A stretch of 64,000 nucleotides of DNA from Pecten maximus (Eukaryota). Positions 37,521 to 50,136 of the stretch are shown here, in pieces. The notes beneath the pieces are model-generated. The model did not search any database. It saw only the letters and a program-made list of their open reading frames with translations, and had not been told where the DNA came from. Both the position numbers and the translations under genes were made by a program. The stretch is from NCBI RefSeq assembly GCF_902652985.1, contig NC_047021.1, forward strand, positions 35,216,001 through 35,280,000, written 5' to 3'. Position 1 is the first letter of the stretch. Every line of letters begins with the position of its first letter.

Positions 37521-39165
37521 GGGGGGGGGGGGGGGGGGGGGGGTTAGAATATATCGCATTTAGTGGGCAGACTGTATTTCCGTCTGATGAACATTAAGCA
37601 ATGTTTCACTTCTGGTAGGTTTTTACGTTGTTTTGTGTGGTCGCGAGCTGTAGTATAAAGCTTGGTGATGCCGCGTCCACCCCCCTTATTAAGTAGGGTG
37701 GCGGTGGCCTGACATGACTAAAATAGTCAGTGTGACGTAAGTGCGCCACTTTGTAACATTGTTATACTTATCGTACATGTGTGTACAGTAGTGGAACAGC
37801 AGACAGTCAACTATTCTCGTCGCCAAGACAACACAAAATATAGTGCCATACACGTTTTGATTATTACGATGTTGATACACATAGATACGATATTTTCAAG
37901 GTAAAATATTCATTTATAACAAATATTTATGATATTGTATAATACAATCTTAGCAATACCCATATAGATACGAATTTTAAGTGCAGTGTTGACAGTATAG
38001 TATGTGTGTGATTTGGTCACTCGAGACACAGGGACTCGGTTAAAAAAATGATGTGATGCAGTCTAGCCGGGATATTCAGAGCTCGAGAAAAAGTGTAACA
38101 ATGTGGATTTTAGTCGCAGGTTAGCTGGTGATGTACATGATGTTCTTGAAATTTTGGATTTCATTATCGCACTGGCGTTTTGGGATGTAAATTCTGATAA
38201 TAGTAAGTAAAGAAACATTGATTTGAAAATTGGCGGTATTCGACAGCCGGAAACTTGTGTCCTCCATATGCTTAGATTGAGTCAAATTACGACAATAATG
38301 TGTCCCTGTTCTCGATATAGCATACTTCTGCTACCAGTCTGTTTTGTGTTGTTAAATAGTGTTTAAATTTAGGTTTATTTTCTGTGACCACTGAAATGGT
38401 ATTAAGCATGGCATTCGAGATACAGCTAACGTTAGACCTACTGCGCTACGTAGGTCATGAGCTCGGTGCTATCGAGAGTGTCAGTGTTCTATCAGATCCT
38501 GTTTTCTAAACTGTCTGCATTATACTGGCATGACAAGAAAGTGATTCGTCTCTTAGAACAGAAGCACGCGACCCAAAATCTTCAACGGGAAATGAAGTGA
38601 TCTGAGTTTACTATGTTCATTGAGGCGGAGCGAAGTGAAATTGTAAATATAAGACGTTACACGACTAGGAATATTCTTTATAATCTATGATGCGAATGCA
38701 TTGCAATATCAACCTGCTACATCATGTACAAATATTTTCATATCAACACATGTTAACCATCGTATATGTGTATACTATATCGTTTGAAATACTACCAAGA
38801 TCATTTTATATGAAATGATTTTATTATGTACATACATGATAAAAGACGATATATAATACAAGGGAAATAACTCATATTGTATTAGAACAAGCATGCATTT
38901 CTATTCCTAACTAAGATGTGTGTTGAAGAATCTTTATTTCAAATAAAGGTTTCTTAAATCCAACGCCGATGTATATCTATCGAATCATCAATTTTGATTT
39001 TTTTTCAAAGGTGTAGCTATCGACCTCCGATCAGGAAAGTTCCGCCAGATTATTGCCTTAGTATTCAATTCTCAATAACCCTTTTCACGATAACTGCGGT
39101 CCTGATTTTCGCGCATGCGTGCAAACGCTTCCGGACGGCAACCACTTTGTTTACGTTTTACAAAG

Positions 39166-39455
39166 ATGGTTGTACCAATCGACAGGGGAAGAATGCTAAA
39201 GAGCGAGGCGTTAGTTTTTTTCGATTCCCCAAGAACAAGAGGAAAAGAAAGGCATGGGAAAAAGCTGTCAACAGGGCAGGTTGGGTACCAAATGAGTACA
39301 GCAGAATGTGTTCTGAACACTTTGTAGGCGGGTGGCACAGCGACGAAGCAAACGACATCAACTATCGGCCGACTATCTTTCCACATAAAGGGAAAGTCCC
39401 GTCAATTGAAGAGAGTGCCCGAAATGAAAGATGTTGCCGAAGGAAACTTCTACTG
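39166..39455 (+). pseudogene. Transposase exon 1: THAP zinc finger, 5' end damaged
   Basis: GCTNRQGK...FFRFPKN...WEKAVNR..W.P....MCSEHF...PTIF is THAP consensus, with donor CTG|GTGAG. The first Cys is missing and the ATG at 39166 is out of frame. Putative exon 2 at 39905 (EMDEAEKRERQTLHQ*) has a stop. Confidence 0.8.
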
Positions 39456-40929
39456 GTGAGTCGGTGTTCACACTTTTTGCATTTTACATTCAATATCAAC
39501 TGGATATTGCAGTGGCTATAGCCAGGTCAATATTAGTACCAGATCATACTACTTGGCATATATATTGAGAGGTTCTGACTTTGATACTGCCTTATTACCT
39601 TGTGGATTCCTGTAATACGGCTATAAATATAGATACTATACATTGATATGACTTGTGAAATGTAAAAAAGATTAAGTGTTCATTTAAACTTTCATTAGAG
39701 TCTTGTTTATGTTCTGTAGGATAATGTGTGTGTATGTTGTTTTCTACATCCACCTCCAGTACTGAGTGCCAGTAGCACACATACATATATATGTATGTGC
39801 CAAGGGGTAATACATAATCTGAATCTCATGCATATAACATTCAGAAGTATCCATGATTGGTATTTCGCACATGTGTAATTACTAATTTTAACATACATAT
39901 GCAGGAAATGGATGAGGCGGAGAAAAGAGAAAGACAGACACTCCATCAGTAGATGTTTTCAAGATGCATACGATTTGAGAAATGCATAACGCTAGCGAAA
40001 TGTGAAGACTAAATGAACCTGAACTTTGCGAATAACTCCAGGTCAATAGGGCCTATATTTATGTAAACAAATATTGCGCAGGCGCATTCGTCTCGGGATG
40101 TTTAGAAAGTTTTGCTCTTCCGTGTTCATTCCAAAACGGCTGGCATCGGTCTGCAAATATGTCCGCGATTTACTTAAATGTGCATTATATATATTCTAGA
40201 ATGTTACATCATTATCAACTAGATGAGTATTTATATAATTTAGAGAAAGAAATACATCAATAACGGCATACGAGACGATACATTGTATCATACTATATAG
40301 GTTACTGTACAGTACATGTTTGCTAGAAAGGTAGATACTAGGTGGCATTTGTGGTCAGGGTGACTGGTCATAGTGTTAACATTGTCATCGATTTCCATAT
40401 TCCATTTTCCTTTGACGAAAACGACCAATAAATCAAATGCAAATGATAATATCTTGTTGCCATGTGCACGGGATTGGTTGTTGTAGGCGATACTTAGAAC
40501 GTATTTACTGTTGTAAGGGAGGTAACTGCAAGATTACGGAAATCAAACGTTAAACCAATTTGATTGGTCGATTCTTCCATGACTTTGGCAATGGGTTTAC
40601 AATCGAAGTGACAGATAACTACGGCAATATTCAGATGATATCAACAATAACACTTTTAGATACGTGTGGTCGGCAGTTGTCATGTTTAAAATGAACAATT
40701 ATATAGCTTGTTTTTATTTCGGCAAAGTCGAGAATATTTACTGAAACGGACCACAGGTGAAGCAGACTTGGAAATACCGAAACGAAGAAAAATGGGGCTT
40801 AATTATAATATAAATTGGCATTATTTTCAGAGAATTGACCCACATATATGTTTTTCAATGCCTAATTGTATCATATGTAAAATATTAGAGGTTTACGAAT
40901 TTTAAATTAATTTTTCATTTGCGAATCGC

Positions 40930-42822
40930 GGCCCGATTGTCGTTAGAGTTGAATTACCGAAATGGCCGATAGTGGACCCAAATCGATATTTTTAAGAGAG
41001 AATGGACCCAATATAGGATCTATTAATCTTTGGTGTGTGTATAGAGACCATATGCATTTTTTTCCTTTACCTGGAAGTATTTTGAAAGAATTTGCAAAAT
41101 ACCGAATTCACGATCAAATTTTCGATTGTGACGAACTACTGAGACGGTGTTAAGTTCATGTTAAGTCAATCTGATTGAAATCAGCTGTTACATATGTACA
41201 CTGTACACATGGCTACGTTTACTATGCAATACGCCTACGTAATTTTTTTTCAAAGACGGAAAACGGAAATCCGGATTATCTAAAAACAAATGCAAAAAGA
41301 CTTGTGATATTCACTTAATTTGACATTCAGCCATTAATTATTATTTGTAGTTTTATAACTTCTGAAATAGTGTGATCGATTCTCTATATAATATTGCTGT
41401 GGAACTTGTGCTATTTTTCAAACAAATTCATTTTGATAATTTGTTAATTTAGAACGTTCATCAAGTCATGATCAAGACTTGAAATTCTCGCTACACCATA
41501 CTTCAAACACAGTAATCAATGAATTGATAAATTGAAAATTGAAGTCAAGCAAATGAGTTAATATTTACCTAAATAATTTTTCAATTATATATATACAACA
41601 CATGTTCAGATGACTATTTGTGCCATGCTGTTACAAGATTTCAGTTACAATTCTAAAAGTCAAGCAAATGAGTTAATTAAATATTTACCTAAATAATTTT
41701 TCAATATACAACACAGGTTCAGATGACTATTTGTGCCATGCTGTTACAAGATTTCAGTTATAATTCTAAAATTGAATTAGTATGTAAATATATGTTATAC
41801 TGTCAATATCCACAAAGCGAGTGTAGTCTACTGTACTCAGTCATGCCGGTAGATAGCGGTACATATACGTACTGCTTACATCTCGTGCTTACTTGTGTGA
41901 ACTATAAATCAATAACAAAACTGGTTCATATATTTCTATATATGACTTCACAAATTATGCGGTGTCTGAAGATCTGAATGAAGTGAATAAACGATGTATT
42001 AAATTATTTTTATGAAATATTCAAGTCATAGATCATTCTTTTTTTTTAAAAATACTGATTTCAGGTCCATTTTGGTAATTCAACTATAACGGCAATTAAA
42101 ATACTTCTCGTTTTTTTTAAAGCCGGAAAACCGAAATCCGGATTATCTAAAAACAAATGCAAAAAGACTTGTGATATTCACTTAATTTGATATTCAGCCG
42201 TTAATTGTTATTTGTAGTTTTATAACTTTTGATATATTGTGATTGATTCTCTATATAATATTGCTGTGGAACTTGTGTTATTTTTCAAACAAATTCATTT
42301 TAATAATTTGCTAATTTAAAATTTTCATCAAGTCATGATCAAGACTTGAAATTCTCACTACACCATACTTCAAACACGGAGTAATCAATGAATTGATAAA
42401 CTGAAAATTTACCTTAAATAATTTTTCAATATACAACACATGTTCAGATGACTATTTGTGCCATGCTGTTACAAGATTTCAGTTACAATTCTAAAATTGA
42501 ATTAGTATGTAAATATATGTTATCCTGTCAATATCCACAAAGCGAGTGTAGTTTACTGTACTCAAAGTCATGCCAGTAGGTAGCGGTACATAAACTTACT
42601 GCTTACATCTAGTGCTTACTTGTGTGAACTATAAATAATAACAAAATGGTTCATATATTTCTATATATGACTTCACAAATTATGTGGTGCCTGAAGATCT
42701 GAATGAAGTGAATAAACGATGTATTACATTATTTTTATGAAATATTCAAGTCATAGATCATTCTCTTAAAAATATTGATTTCAAGTCCATTTTGGTAATT
42801 TTACTATGACGGCAATCAGGCC
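40930..42822. mobile_element. Nested non-autonomous TIR element (GGCC termini) with ~0.8-kb internal tandem duplication
   Basis: GGCCCGATTGTCGTTAGAGTTGAATTACCGAAATGG versus the reverse complement of the right end, GGCCTGATTGCCGTCATAGTAAAATTACCAAAATGG. 41245-42095 is repeated at 42110-42822. Confidence 0.7.
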
Positions 42823-43399
42823 TAGAATGGCGAATAAACCCCTAATATTTTACATATGATTAATTTTGACATTGGAGAACATAAAATTGTGTCAATTCTC
42901 TAAGAACTGGTAGAATGTACAGAATAGAGCTTCATAAATATATTCTCAAAATTACTAATTACCCCGGTAAATATAACATTTTACATAAACCTCCCATGAC
43001 TGATGGTGAACTTAAACTTGCAAATCTCCTGTGTCATTCCAGTTTTGATATGTGTAAATATATACACGTACTGTTACATATATAGTTATAGATATGGAAT
43101 GCTTCACAATTTGCAAACAGTTATTGAATCTTATAACACCCCCAAAAATGTTCTCACCACATAAAGGTGTGATTTGTGCAATTACATTGCTGCATTGTGT
43201 GGTTCAGTATGATTGGATGATCAACATTGGAAAAGGACAATAAATAGGGAATGTGTCTTCCCATCGAATGGACTGTAATCTTTGTGATCAGGTTTGAAGT
43301 TGAAAATGAATCTTGAAGTTTTCTTTTCCTGTTTGCTGAATTATTGCTGAAGATAGTCTTTATCTGGTTGTTATTCTTTATCACATTGTTTACAATACT

Positions 43400-43900
43400 G
43401 TAATTATAACAGAAGTTTATCTTCTCATATACAGATTTATTAACATCAAATGATTCCTGAACAAAAGGAGTCAGGATTTTTTGTTTTGATGTACCATAAA
43501 TGCTTGAGTACAGTTTCAATAGGATACATTCCTAATTCGGGCCTTGATTAGCAGCTCTGGTTTTGATTTTCAGTAATTCTTTATGTGTGTTTCATCATAT
43601 TTAGTTGAAATACAACTATGTATGCCAAACTAACGATGGAACTAGCCTAAATTTAGTGCATATTAGAAGTTGGCATCAATAAGGTCACAGAGTCCTGGCT
43701 GTATTATAACTGATGATGCCTTCCCGAAAGAAAGAAGACATGTTTTATTTTCATCGATCCAAGATAGATCAACAAACTTCCAATTTCAATTAGGACCTTA
43801 CAGAAACATGCATGTGTACAATCAAATTAGAATAGCTGCAAACATTTCAAATTATTTGCAATTAATTCCTAAACCGATATCAGTAAATTTATCAACTTAA
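43400..43900 (-). mobile_element. Highly decayed LINE ORF2 remnant
   Basis: Minus-strand pieces EIGSLLIYLGS (cf. EIVxxFxYLG) and ELLKIKTR...ELGMYPIE (cf. GELGRxPL). Confidence 0.35.
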
Positions 43901-44209
43901 AACTAAGAAGATTACTGATTTTGCATTAAACAATAATGTTCGTTTACAGTACTTCCAGTACTTTGATTACTTTTATGGTCAGAAAAAGTAAGGATTTTGC
44001 CTTATCATGAAAACCCTTGCAGGATTCCATTTGGGCTTATGGAGAATTATGCTATAACTTTATAGCTTATATAATTTATGTAATTGTGTTTCATGATGGT
44101 AGTACTTACTTAATTTCTCTAATTTCTACTGATAAATTACTGTTTAATTGAATATTGGTACATTTAAAGCAAATGTACTATATCTACATGTTTTGTAATT
44201 TGGATAGGC

Positions 44210-44830
44210 AGCAACAAATGTAGTAATGACAAATATATAACTGAACACAACCTTTCATGGGGAAGCACACAATTTAATCTTTTAGGCATAAAATGTGATG
44301 TTGACTTAAGTAAAGTAGCAAAATTAAACTTTGATAAAAAACTGGCTAAACTGAAATCTCTCGTATGCTATGGTACAACCATAATGTCAAAATAAACAAT
44401 ACACCTGTTTTGGTTCAAGAAAGGAGTACTGTTCATCTATGATGTTATCCAGGAAGATGGTATATTTTATAATTTCAAAGAATTTCAACAAAGATATGCT
44501 ATTAGATCCAATTTTTTGACATTCCATAGTATAATTAGGGCAGATAAACATTTCATAAGTAGTAAACAAGAAATCATTTCTCTGGAAAAGCTTACCATTT
44601 TACCTAATATATCTTTAAATTCTTTAACACTATGTTGGAAAGGAAAAAAAGTCTGATATGATATATATAATCTGATGTGATAATGAAATTAAACCTTCCT
44701 CACAAATGAAATGGTCTTTGGTTTTTAGTTTTACCATCCAGGAAAAACAAGAAAAATAAATTGATTCATCTGCTTTCAGAACCTCACTCAGTATTAATTC
44801 AGATGGTTACAATATAGAATACACTTTTAT
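44210..44830 (+). mobile_element. Decayed L1/Tx1-like LINE ORF2 fragment
   Basis: NLSWGSTQFNLLGIKCDVDLSKVAKLNFDKKLAKLKSL, LWYNHNVKINN, WFKKGV and RWLQYRI, with frameshifts and deletions. Confidence 0.6.
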
Positions 44831-44886
44831 TTACATAAAATAGGCATACCAGGTAGTATTAATATGAGTTTGATTTCCAATTTCAG

Positions 44887-45721
44887 TTTCCTTCAACCAA
44901 AAGCACAGAGGATGAAGTACTGGATTGGGTCTAACACTGCCCAGGCTTCAGACAGATGTAGATCTTCAACTGGATCTTTACAGCTCATTGATCAACTTTT
45001 TGCTGTGTTGATGAGATTGAGGCTTGGATTGTTTACTGCTGACATTGCTGAAAGATTTCACATCTCTGAAGGAACGTTTTCAAAATATTTCTCTACATGG
45101 ATATCTTTATTGTTTCAGGAACTAAAGCTCCTTAATCCCTTTCCTTCTCGATATATTGTTAACAGAACTATGCCATCATCTTTTAAATCAAAGTATCCTT
45201 CTGTTAGGGTTATACTCGATTGTACAGAAATTTTTATTCAGCGATCTTCCAGTCTCCTTAATCAGTGTATAACATTTTCTAGTTATAAGCACCATACAAC
45301 TGTGAAGTTTCTTGTTGGTATTACACCATCAGGTGTTATTTCCTATGTATCAGAAGGATGGCCAGGCAAAACGTCTGATAGATTATTGACTATTGAGTCA
45401 GGTATTTTAGATCTTTTAGATGAAAATGACAGTGTAATGGCTGACACAGGGTTTACAATCAGAAATGTGTTAGAAGAAAAAAAATGTAAACTGAATATTC
45501 CTCCATTTAGAGGTAATAGTCCACAGTTTACTACTGAACAGATTTTTGAAACACAGGAAGTTGCATCTTTGAGAATACATGTGGAGAGAAGTATAGGTAG
45601 AGTGAAGAACTTTCATATTCTCGATGGTGTTTTTCCTTTGACCCTGTCGCCACTAGTATCAAAAATTTTCAAAGTTGCATGTTGGCTCACAAATCTAGAT
45701 GTCCCACTAGTCACCAACTAA
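44887..45721 (+). CDS. Transposase last exon: HTH plus DDE_Tnp_4 (Harbinger/ISL2EU-type) catalytic domain, open frame
   Basis: LMRLRLGL..DIAERFHISEGT (HTH), ILDCTEIFIQR, FSSYKHHTTVKFLVGITPSG, SVMADTGF and RIHVERSIGRVK give the D-D-E triad. TTTCAG acceptor at 44886. Confidence 0.92.
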
Positions 45722-46469
45722 ACATTTATCATTGTAAGAGCTTATTCAGGACTGTTTGGACTGGTTTCATGGAGAGAACATGTATAATTCTGTTTGCAGA
45801 ATTAAGCTGTATTCAAATTACTTATACATGTATGTCTTGTTTTCCTTTTATCACAAAGCAACAGTATTTTATGTAAATCATGTTGAAAACACATAGATTT
45901 AAGATTATGACTACTGATTATTACATAACTAACTCATCATCAGTGTCACCACATTCACTTAATATGTTTAAGTGAACTGTGAACACACGTTACAATCCTG
46001 TCACATCTGCCTGGTTATTGGTTTCTATTGTACCATTTATAGTGTTGTGCCATCTTGACATCGAATGTTTTCTGACATCATCAAAGAAAGATGTATTAAG
46101 TGAAGATCACCATTTCAGATTTTATTTTGGTCTGATAAAATACCTGGTTATGTGAAAACCTGAATTTTACATTCATGTCCATATTAAAATTAAAGATACC
46201 ATCATTACATTACAGGTATAAAAAAAAACAGGAGTTCGCACAAAGACAATACCACATTGTGCAACAGGCAGTCATACACAACCTCTACACGAACCCTATA
46301 AACAGGCCACACACTTCTTAGACTTAACATCTGAAGTTACTATTAGTCTATTATTATAGTGGACATATAGAAACACAGCAGTGTCTTTTTCCCAGTCATT
46401 TTGTATAAAACATTTTGACCTCCTACAACTGGTTTACATGTATTCTTGGACACTTTTACATGAATTACA

Positions 46470-49400
46470 TTACACATTGATGTAAAACTTTGGTGCAACA
46501 TGGTTAACATAAAATGCGATAAGTTTTGGCATCATACTGCTAACAAATTCTGCATCAAAGTACACTCTGTCAACACAAATGTTATTTTTAGGAGCATTTG
46601 TCCAAACTACAAAGTCACACCATGGCAAACCCATTATTGCCAGTTCACCCTGTACCTGAGCGTAGTATTTGTGGCTTCTTTTCAGTCGTGGTCCCTCTGA
46701 ACTTGCCTCCAAACAGAAATTTGGATGTCCCATGGCAACAATTTCACAGACCTCCAATGATGTGACTGTGGCTCCCTGGATTGAATAGGGACACTTTATC
46801 TCTAGTATACCCATATTGTCACCATCAACAACCCTTCCATCACTAGAGGCACCCAGGTAAGCATGAGTAGCACACAGAGTAAGGCCTGTATCCTCAACTC
46901 CTATCTGACTGCTGAGAGAAGACTGTAGGTCTATATAGTCTTTTCTTGCCTGTGGCTCCTTTTCTATTCCCCACTGAACAGCTGGAGGTAGAACGGTGTA
47001 CCTAAAATTCAAGAGCATCATGTTAAATATGGAAACATTTAAATAAATATTATTCCAGATCATTTAAAATAGTACAGTATTTCAGTTATACCATGACAAC
47101 ACCTAGCTAATGGATGTTACAGTGAATGATTATTTAATGTGGCAAGCCAATGATTGAAACTAAAAGTTGGATAAGTATTCTCATTTGGAAGATTTGAAAC
47201 TATAGCTGTGTCACTGGCAGTCCATGAAGCTAAATACTGGATACCATTCAACTGAATTGAGATCATATGCTGCAAGCCATGTCAGGGCTGGTTACAGAAA
47301 CTTTGGGAGTCATTTTGGTTAAGTGTTATCTGTATATTTATAGTGTCTGAACAAACAACAACTTACCTATTAAGATTTGACCCTTCTACAATTTGTTTAA
47401 CAAGAGAGTTTGGTTGGGGCCCAGCATGTAGAACGTCTCCAAAAATAGAGCTAGTCAGCCGCCCAATATGGAGCTTCTGCCACATGTCTGAAGATCTCTG
47501 ACCACGCGTATTAATCTCAATATACTCTACCAGGTCCTGGCCAATTGAAAGTTGGGGTACTACAAGAAATATAAGTAAACTGTTTTAAACAAGTAGGATC
47601 ACTGCTCCCTTTTCTGTACATCTGCAACTGTGTTGAGACCATATTCCATATGTGGAAAACATTTCATATCAAAAATTGGATTTCAAAACATTGGAAGTAG
47701 AATTCTCTTAGTTTGTTTGCTGTCTATTGTATGCATGTAGGCTTTGTAATGTACTGACCTCTTTTAAGAAAAATTCACATTAAATTTCAAAACAAAAAGC
47801 TAATTGCAATCCTTTTATCAATAAATAACATTTAGCTTTTAAAGAAATCTTACAGTTGCTGTTAGAGTAGATCATGTTTTTCATCTTTAAAAACATTGGA
47901 TTTTCCACAGCCTCTATCTCCTCTTCTTGAATAGCGTCTGGAACATGGTCACCAATGTTCCACAAATGGGACATTCCTGAAAAGGAACATTCAGTGTTAT
48001 TTATGTAAAGAATACATACATGTTGATAGATGATATGATTACCTTGACTATTATATTCAAATTTGCATTTTTAGAAATTGTCAACATTGCTTATATAACT
48101 TGTAAACTGTCATTATGATCTATAATAACAAGAAGTGTTTATACGTGTATCTTTACACATGTTCAAAGTTAATAATTGAAAGTTAAAGGTATTAATGTAT
48201 CGAAATGCAAAATTTGCGACAATTTTTAATCGTCTGGTAAGCATAAATATTTCAGTGGTTTCTGTAGACAGTGCATGTACATATATATAAGCATATTGGT
48301 AAGGATTTTTAAAAAAATGAGGTATATGAGTCAATTTAACTCATGTTCAAAGAAACGATGGCATTGCCTAGCTATTAGTATACATACTACATGTAACTGG
48401 TTGCAAAATATTAATTTGTATTTCTGTTTTTCTGTTGAATTTTGTTTGACATGTTATTGTTATTAAAGTTTCCAATTAGGCCTACATAAAATGTGAAAAT
48501 GAAACTTTCATTGCATTTTTTTTAAACTTACCTGTATTGGGAAAAACATCCTTCAGATTTCTTAGATGGTGAAGAGATTCTTGAGTATTAAAAACTCTAT
48601 CACAAGTGTGACGAGGATCATATGTGTCCGGATGTGATGTGGCTACCTGCTTTGTTGCTGTAACAGGTAGTTTTGGTTTCCTTTGTGGCAAGGAACTCAT
48701 CGGTCCTATGGGCTTAACTGCACGACTAGGAACATTTCATGTGCAGGGTATTGATGTGCAGCTCTTCTCCAGTGGTTTTGTATAGGTTAATGCAAAAAGT
48801 ACACTACCTATATGACTGCAAGTCTGGGCTAACCTATTAAACAAATTAAGATAAGATTAAGAATTTAAAGTAATATTATCTTCAAGATTTTATTATCTTG
48901 GTCACATGTTTATGAATATGATACATTTACAAATTATGCAAGATGATCTGGCTCTTTCATTTAATTATTAACAATTCTTACCCCTCAAAACAAAACGTTG
49001 AGAGTAAAAGATAACCCAGCTTACCCTATAGGACACTGACAATACCCATGTTGTATGGTGGAAGAATCTGTGGCAGACATGCATACAAACACTTGATACT
49101 TCTGTTTCTTCATTGATGCATGACAGTTTGCTCTGACATAAAATGTGTCTGCATCAATCTACAAGGAATGAGAAAACATTCATTATGAGTGGCAGTTTTA
49201 CTTTTTATTTAACATATTTTTTTATATGAAAATATTTTTTTGATATCCAAAATACATAGATAGTCTATATTGAAAGAAATTTGGGAGATATTTGAATTTT
49301 TAAAGTAAATAATCCATGTTTGAGCTTGATTTGATTTTTTTTTAATTATCAAGTTTTCAAATTCATGGCAATTTCTATATAAAAAAATCTAGATCTAGAT

Positions 49401-50136
49401 ATCAAAAAAAGCATTAGTATTATATGAAAATAAAAATCTTTGTCAAAACATATCTTTGGAGATTATATCTAGATTATTTTTTTTTCTATTTTTGTTATTA
49501 TTTTTTTGTTATCAAAAAAGCAATTTTTTTTATATGAAAATGTTAAATATTACATTTAACATGTTAAGCTTCTAAATGCATGTATCAAATTAAACAAAAG
49601 CAAGATATTATTTTAGTTTAATTGACAAGTGATAATTGGAATTCAGCACACGAAAGGAAAAAAATATGGTTCAATTACAAAAAAATCCTTAAAACTTAAC
49701 CACACCGAATTCATACTAGACACCAATTTACAACACTAATTACCTGTGATACTCCTATATCCTGGACGTCACCTGCGTCAAAATGCTTTACCGCACGGTC
49801 TAAACCTTTGAAGTTTTGTACTGTTCTCCCAGATGAAGTTGGTCTCGCAATCAAGAAGTCATAAATTTGTTTAAAACTAATTTTTGGCAGTACGATGCCA
49901 TCTGGATTTGTATACCGCACCTTGTTATACGGGGGTAAGTTGAATCTCGGTGTTGCACCATCCGTGGGGAGGGATTGGTGTACAATTGGAGTTAGAACAG
50001 ATGTTTCAACTTGAGATGTAATGATTTCATTGATAATTTCAGCTTTTTTCTTTTTGGAAAAATCTATACCGTGATCTTTAGCTAGAGTTCTCAGCGAATT
50101 GATTTTAAGCTTGTTTAAACTCTCCCGCTTCGACAT
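46470..50136 (-). pseudogene. ISL2EU ORF2: Rho_N/SAP-like helix, SWIM zinc finger and YqaJ (lambda-exonuclease-like) nuclease; 6 exons, 559 codons, one premature stop
   Basis: Exons 50136-49744, 49158-49025, 48833-48532, 47976-47854, 47559-47367 and 47001-46470 are all GT-AG and phase-consistent (1677 nt). SWIM YCQCPIGLAQTCSHI. YqaJ TRGQ...W...GRLTSS.FG, LGASSDG, LEIKCP and YYAQVQG. TGA at 48737-48739 where W is expected. Confidence 0.88.

Larger units (their letters stand above)
35707..38648 (+). mobile_element. 5'-truncated tyrosine-recombinase retrotransposon (Ngaro/DIRS order)
   Basis: RNase H C-terminus overlapping a YR ORF, then an SGNH hydrolase remnant. Boundaries are where homology to unit B (19560 and 20968) stops and resumes. 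Confidence 0.82.

Noticed and set aside
39074-39080. Classic Harbinger TAA/TTA 3-bp TSD
   Set aside because: The empty sites in units B and D show only AT is duplicated. The TAA/TTA belongs to the TIR plus TSD symmetry.
38994-39165. N-terminal part of the 175-aa THAP ORF
   Set aside because: It reads through antisense FReD sequence and the TIR, crossing the element boundary, so it is not a real protein start.
46470-47063. Viral or phage contamination suggested by YqaJ
   Set aside because: The gene has five spliceosomal introns and lies between transposon TIRs.
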